NCBI GenBank assembly: GCA_905206805.1
Contig: CAJLIR010000001.1
Location: forward strand, 3,198-67,197
Direction of reading: 5' to 3'
Source of the DNA: an uncultured Bacillales bacterium
GTDB taxonomy: Bacteria; Bacillota_I; Bacilli_A; RF39; UBA660
Length of the DNA: 64,000 bases
Of this stretch, positions 60,530 through 64,000 are shown piece by piece. The notes under the pieces were generated by a model that made no database searches, was not told where the DNA came from, and saw nothing but the letters and a program-made list of their open reading frames with translations. The position numbers were made by a program, and so were the translations under genes. How positions within the stretch are numbered: the stretch's first letter is position 1; every line of letters starts with the position of its first letter.

Positions 60530-63079
60530 CTATTTTACCTTCTCTTTTAATTTATATAAGATATTCATAGCTTCTATTGGAGTAATAGATAATGGATCTA
60601 ACGCCTTAATTTCTTCTTCTATTTCGTTTTTAGTTTCACTAATTAAATCATCAATAGGTAATGATTCTTGTATTTTTATATCTCTTTTTCTTTCTTTATT
60701 TTCGTAAACTTTTAAAATTTGATCTGCTCTTTTAATTAAAGAATCTGGAAGGGAAGCTAATTTAGCAACGTGAATACCATAACTTTTATCGACACTTCCA
60801 TTTTCTATTTTATGCAAAAATGTTACATTACCATTTTCTTCTACCGCACTAACGTGAATATTTTTTAAATTTTCCAAATTATTATCTAAATCTGTTAATT
60901 CATGATAATGAGTAGAAAATAAAGTTTTACATTTTATTTTATCATGAATATATTCAATAATAGATTGTGCAAGTGCCATACCATCGAATGTTGCAGTGCC
61001 ACGACCTAATTCATCAAATAAAATTAATGAATTTTGTGTAGCATTTGAAATTGCGTTATTTGCCTCATTCATTTCAACCATAAAAGTTGATTCACCACTT
61101 ACTAAATCATCACTTGCACCAATTCTTGTATATATTGCGTCAAATATTGGTAATGTTGCCTTATTTGCTGGAACAAAGCAACCGATTTGTGTCATTATTA
61201 CGGTAATTGCAAATTGTCGCATATACGTTGACTTACCTGCCATATTAGGTCCTGTAATAAGTAAAATATTAGTATTTTCATCCATTATGATATCATTTGG
61301 AACATACTCATCTTGAATAACTTTTTCAATAACAGGATGTCTATCATCAATTATAGAAACACGTCTTTCATCACTTATAATAGGACGTACATAATTATTT
61401 TCTTCAGTAACAGTAGCAAACGACTGTAGTACATCTATCTCACTTATAACTTTTGCGATATTTTGTAGCCTTGGAATATATTCTTTTATTTTTTCACGAA
61501 TAGTTGTAAAAATATCATATTCTAAATTAATTATTTTTTCTTCGGCATTTAAAATTAAACCTTCCTTTTCTTTTAATATGGGACTTATATACCTTTCACA
61601 ATTAGCTAAAGTTTGACGTCTTTCATAACCATATTCTTCTTTTATTAAATTAGTATTTCCTTTTGAAACTTCTATATAATAACCAAATACACGATTATAT
61701 CCAACACGTAAATTCTTTATTCCAGTTTTTTCTCTTTCTTCTGCTTCAAATCTTGCTACAAAATCTTTTCCACCTTTTCTTAAATCTTTTAATTCATCTA
61801 ACTCACTATTAAAGCCTTCCTTTATTAAATACCCTTCTTTTATTGATATTGGGGGATTTTCATATACACTTTTTTCTAGTAAGTCATATAACTCAGGAAT
61901 TTCTTCTATATTTTTATAAAAATTTATTTTATTTAAAATATTCTTTATTTCTGGCAAAACTTTTAGAGAATTTCTAAGTTGTAATAAATCTCTAGCATTC
62001 GCATTTCCAAAAGCAATTCTACCACTTAATCTTTCTATATCATATACTTCAAATAATAATTCTTGTAAATCACTTTTTAAAATAAATTCCTTTAGTAAAA
62101 TTTCTACTGTATCAAGTCTTCTATTAATTTCATTTTTATTAATCAATGGATTTTCAATAAAACTTTTAAGCATTCTAGAACCCATTGCCGTCTTTGTTTT
62201 ATCAAGCAACCATATAAGTGAATAATTTCTTTGTTTTAACCGTAATGTTTCAGTTAATTCTAAATTTCTCTTAGTATGAATATCCATTTTTAAATAATTT
62301 TTATTTTCTTTAATAACCGCTTCTTGTAAATGTGATAAATTTCTTTTTTGTGTAGAAGTTATATAAGTTAATAAATGCTTAATTGTTTCAATATAACGTA
62401 CATCACCTATATTTTCATATATATAATTGTATTCCTTATTATCTACAATTTCATCATTTATAGTTACTGTTAATTTGAATTGATTTTTTAAAAGTAAAAT
62501 AATAGCAGAATCTACTTTAGAATGAGCAATTATTTCTTTTATCCCAATACTTACTACTTCACTTACTATTTTTGTTATATTGTGCTCTATCAACATTACA
62601 AAAATTTCTCCAGTTGAAATATCTGCATAACTTAACCCATAAGCATGATCAAAATCCAATATATTTCCAATATAATTATTATCTTTTTCATTTAGTGACT
62701 CATTATCAATAATTGTACCTTTACTTATTATTTGAATTAAATCACGTTTTACAATTCCTTTTGCTAATTTAGGATCTTCTAATTGTTCACAAATACCTAC
62801 TTTATAGCCTTTATCAACTAATTTTTCAATATATATATTAGCAGCGTGATGTGGAATACCACACATAGGAATTTTTTCATCTAATCCAGCATTTTTACCT
62901 GTTAGAGTTAATTCTAATTCTCGTGATACATTTATGGCATCTTCAAAAAACATTTCATAAAAATCACCTAATCTAAAAAATATAATTACATCGGGATTAT
63001 TCTTTTTTATTTCAATATATTGTTGCATCATTGGGGTAACTTTATTTATATCTACATCACTTATTTTCATAATCTTCAC
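60530..63079 (-). CDS. mutS: DNA mismatch repair protein MutS.
   Basis: 849 aa with the MutS N-terminal mismatch-binding region (TPMMQQY), Walker A GPNMAGKST, and the ATPase domain. Confidence 0.95.
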   Translation of the reverse strand: MKIMKISDVDINKVTPMMQQYIEIKKNNPDVIIFFRLGDFYEMFFEDAINVSRELELTLTGKNAGLDEKIPMCGIPHHAANIYIEKLVDKGYKVGICEQLEDPKLAKGIVKRDLIQIISKGTIIDNESLNEKDNNYIGNILDFDHAYGLSYADISTGEIFVMLIEHNITKIVSEVVSIGIKEIIAHSKVDSAIILLLKNQFKLTVTINDEIVDNKEYNYIYENIGDVRYIETIKHLLTYITSTQKRNLSHLQEAVIKENKNYLKMDIHTKRNLELTETLRLKQRNYSLIWLLDKTKTAMGSRMLKSFIENPLINKNEINRRLDTVEILLKEFILKSDLQELLFEVYDIERLSGRIAFGNANARDLLQLRNSLKVLPEIKNILNKINFYKNIEEIPELYDLLEKSVYENPPISIKEGYLIKEGFNSELDELKDLRKGGKDFVARFEAEEREKTGIKNLRVGYNRVFGYYIEVSKGNTNLIKEEYGYERRQTLANCERYISPILKEKEGLILNAEEKIINLEYDIFTTIREKIKEYIPRLQNIAKVISEIDVLQSFATVTEENNYVRPIISDERRVSIIDDRHPVIEKVIQDEYVPNDIIMDENTNILLITGPNMAGKSTYMRQFAITVIMTQIGCFVPANKATLPIFDAIYTRIGASDDLVSGESTFMVEMNEANNAISNATQNSLILFDELGRGTATFDGMALAQSIIEYIHDKIKCKTLFSTHYHELTDLDNNLENLKNIHVSAVEENGNVTFLHKIENGSVDKSYGIHVAKLASLPDSLIKRADQILKVYENKERKRDIKIQESLPIDDLISETKNEIEEEIKALDPLSITPIEAMNILYKLKEKVK

Positions 63080-63156
63080 CTATAAGTATTTTACCAAATT
63101 TTTGAAATATTGTCTATTTTTGTAACAAAAAAATAGATTACTCTATTTTTCTAATT

Positions 63157-63945
63157 CTATTTATTTAACTTTTTTTGCCTATTGTATATAATTTTCATTT
63201 CTTCTGTATCTACACCTTCAAAAGAACCAATTATATTAATATTTTCTAATATAGTTCCATGCAGTGTTTTAAGTTTTACTGCTTGAGGATTTAGAATATT
63301 ATTTCCTACTATTCCTCTAAAATCAGTATTTTCTAAATCAACCCCGTCAAATGATCCTGTTATTTCCATATCACATAATTTTGTACAAAATAAGCTTTTA
63401 GAATAAATTTTCTGAGGATTAATTTTATTATTTCCTAAAATTCCTTTAAAATTTGTTCTTTCCACATTTACATTATTATATGAGCCTATTATTTCAATAC
63501 CTGATAGGGTTGTACCATATAATGACTTTGAATTTAGTGTTTGGGGATTTATTTTGTTGTTTCCTAAAATTCCTTTAAAATTTGTTCTTTCCACATTTAC
63601 ATCATCAAATGAACCTGTTATTTCTACGCCATCTAATACAGAGCAACATAAACTTTTAGAATAAACTTTTTGAGGATTTAACTTAACACCATATAATCCA
63701 GAAAAATCCACATTTTCTGCTAAAAAGTCATCAAAAGAGACTTCAGATAAATCAAGTTTTTTTAAAATACTTTTATCTACAGAGAAAACCTTACATGTTT
63801 TAATTATATTGTTGTAATCTTGAATTTTACAATAACATAATTTATTATCAAAAATTAGTTTTTCTAATACGCTTTTTTTAAGTTTTAGTTGCTTTTTATA
63901 GTTCCATTCTTCGATTAATGCAATTAATTCTTCTCTATTCTTCAT
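63157..63945 (-). CDS. Pentapeptide-repeat protein.
   Basis: Tandem A(D/N)LXX-type pentapeptide repeats, for example NFKGILGNNKINPQ repeated. Length 262 aa. Confidence 0.7.
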   Translation of the reverse strand: MKNREELIALIEEWNYKKQLKLKKSVLEKLIFDNKLCYCKIQDYNNIIKTCKVFSVDKSILKKLDLSEVSFDDFLAENVDFSGLYGVKLNPQKVYSKSLCCSVLDGVEITGSFDDVNVERTNFKGILGNNKINPQTLNSKSLYGTTLSGIEIIGSYNNVNVERTNFKGILGNNKINPQKIYSKSLFCTKLCDMEITGSFDGVDLENTDFRGIVGNNILNPQAVKLKTLHGTILENINIIGSFEGVDTEEMKIIYNRQKKLNK

Positions 63946-64000
63946 TTATCCACCTCTTCAAATATTATAAACATTTATATTTCTTTGTCAATAACGAAAA

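Overview
The window is a very AT-rich (roughly 25% GC) chromosomal segment from a low-GC, spore-forming Firmicute. Sporulation homologues (SpoVB, SpoIIM, SpoIVB) and synteny with the B. subtilis spoVB–comN–secDF–relA–hisS–aspS region support this. Most of the window is housekeeping: dCMP deaminase, M29 aminopeptidase, secDF, relA, hisS with a T-box leader, aspS, pyrG, a two-component pair, holA, gpsA, rarA, xerD, deoB, topB, zupT, mnmA, xseAB-nusB and mutS. Three areas contain competence-pilus genes: a ComGA-like ATPase, three prepilin-like genes, and a compact UvrD-like helicase. A Y-family polymerase with a YolD-like protein forms an SOS-type cassette. A minus-strand operon at 47.9-54.5 kb encodes envelope, protease and radical-SAM functions. 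Gene orientation switches from almost all plus to almost all minus at about 43.5 kb. The most interesting unexplained structure is a CRISPR-like mini-array at about 47.54-47.71 kb. It has three 36-nt repeats (GTTTTA...AAAAC) and two 30-nt spacers, the 36/30 geometry typical of type II arrays. No cas gene is present anywhere in the window. It is flanked by a tightly RBS-coupled 23-codon Cys-containing peptide ORF. A second candidate lies 3' of tRNA-Arg(CCT): a cluster of uncharacterised genes (8.2-11.4 kb) that includes a Cys-rich protein with a non-canonical CxxCxxC motif plus a GDPLL motif, which is radical-SAM-like. The T-box specifier (overlapping GAC/CAC codons) and the 36/30 repeat architecture were read by eye; all other product calls rest on conserved motifs read in the translations and on synteny.
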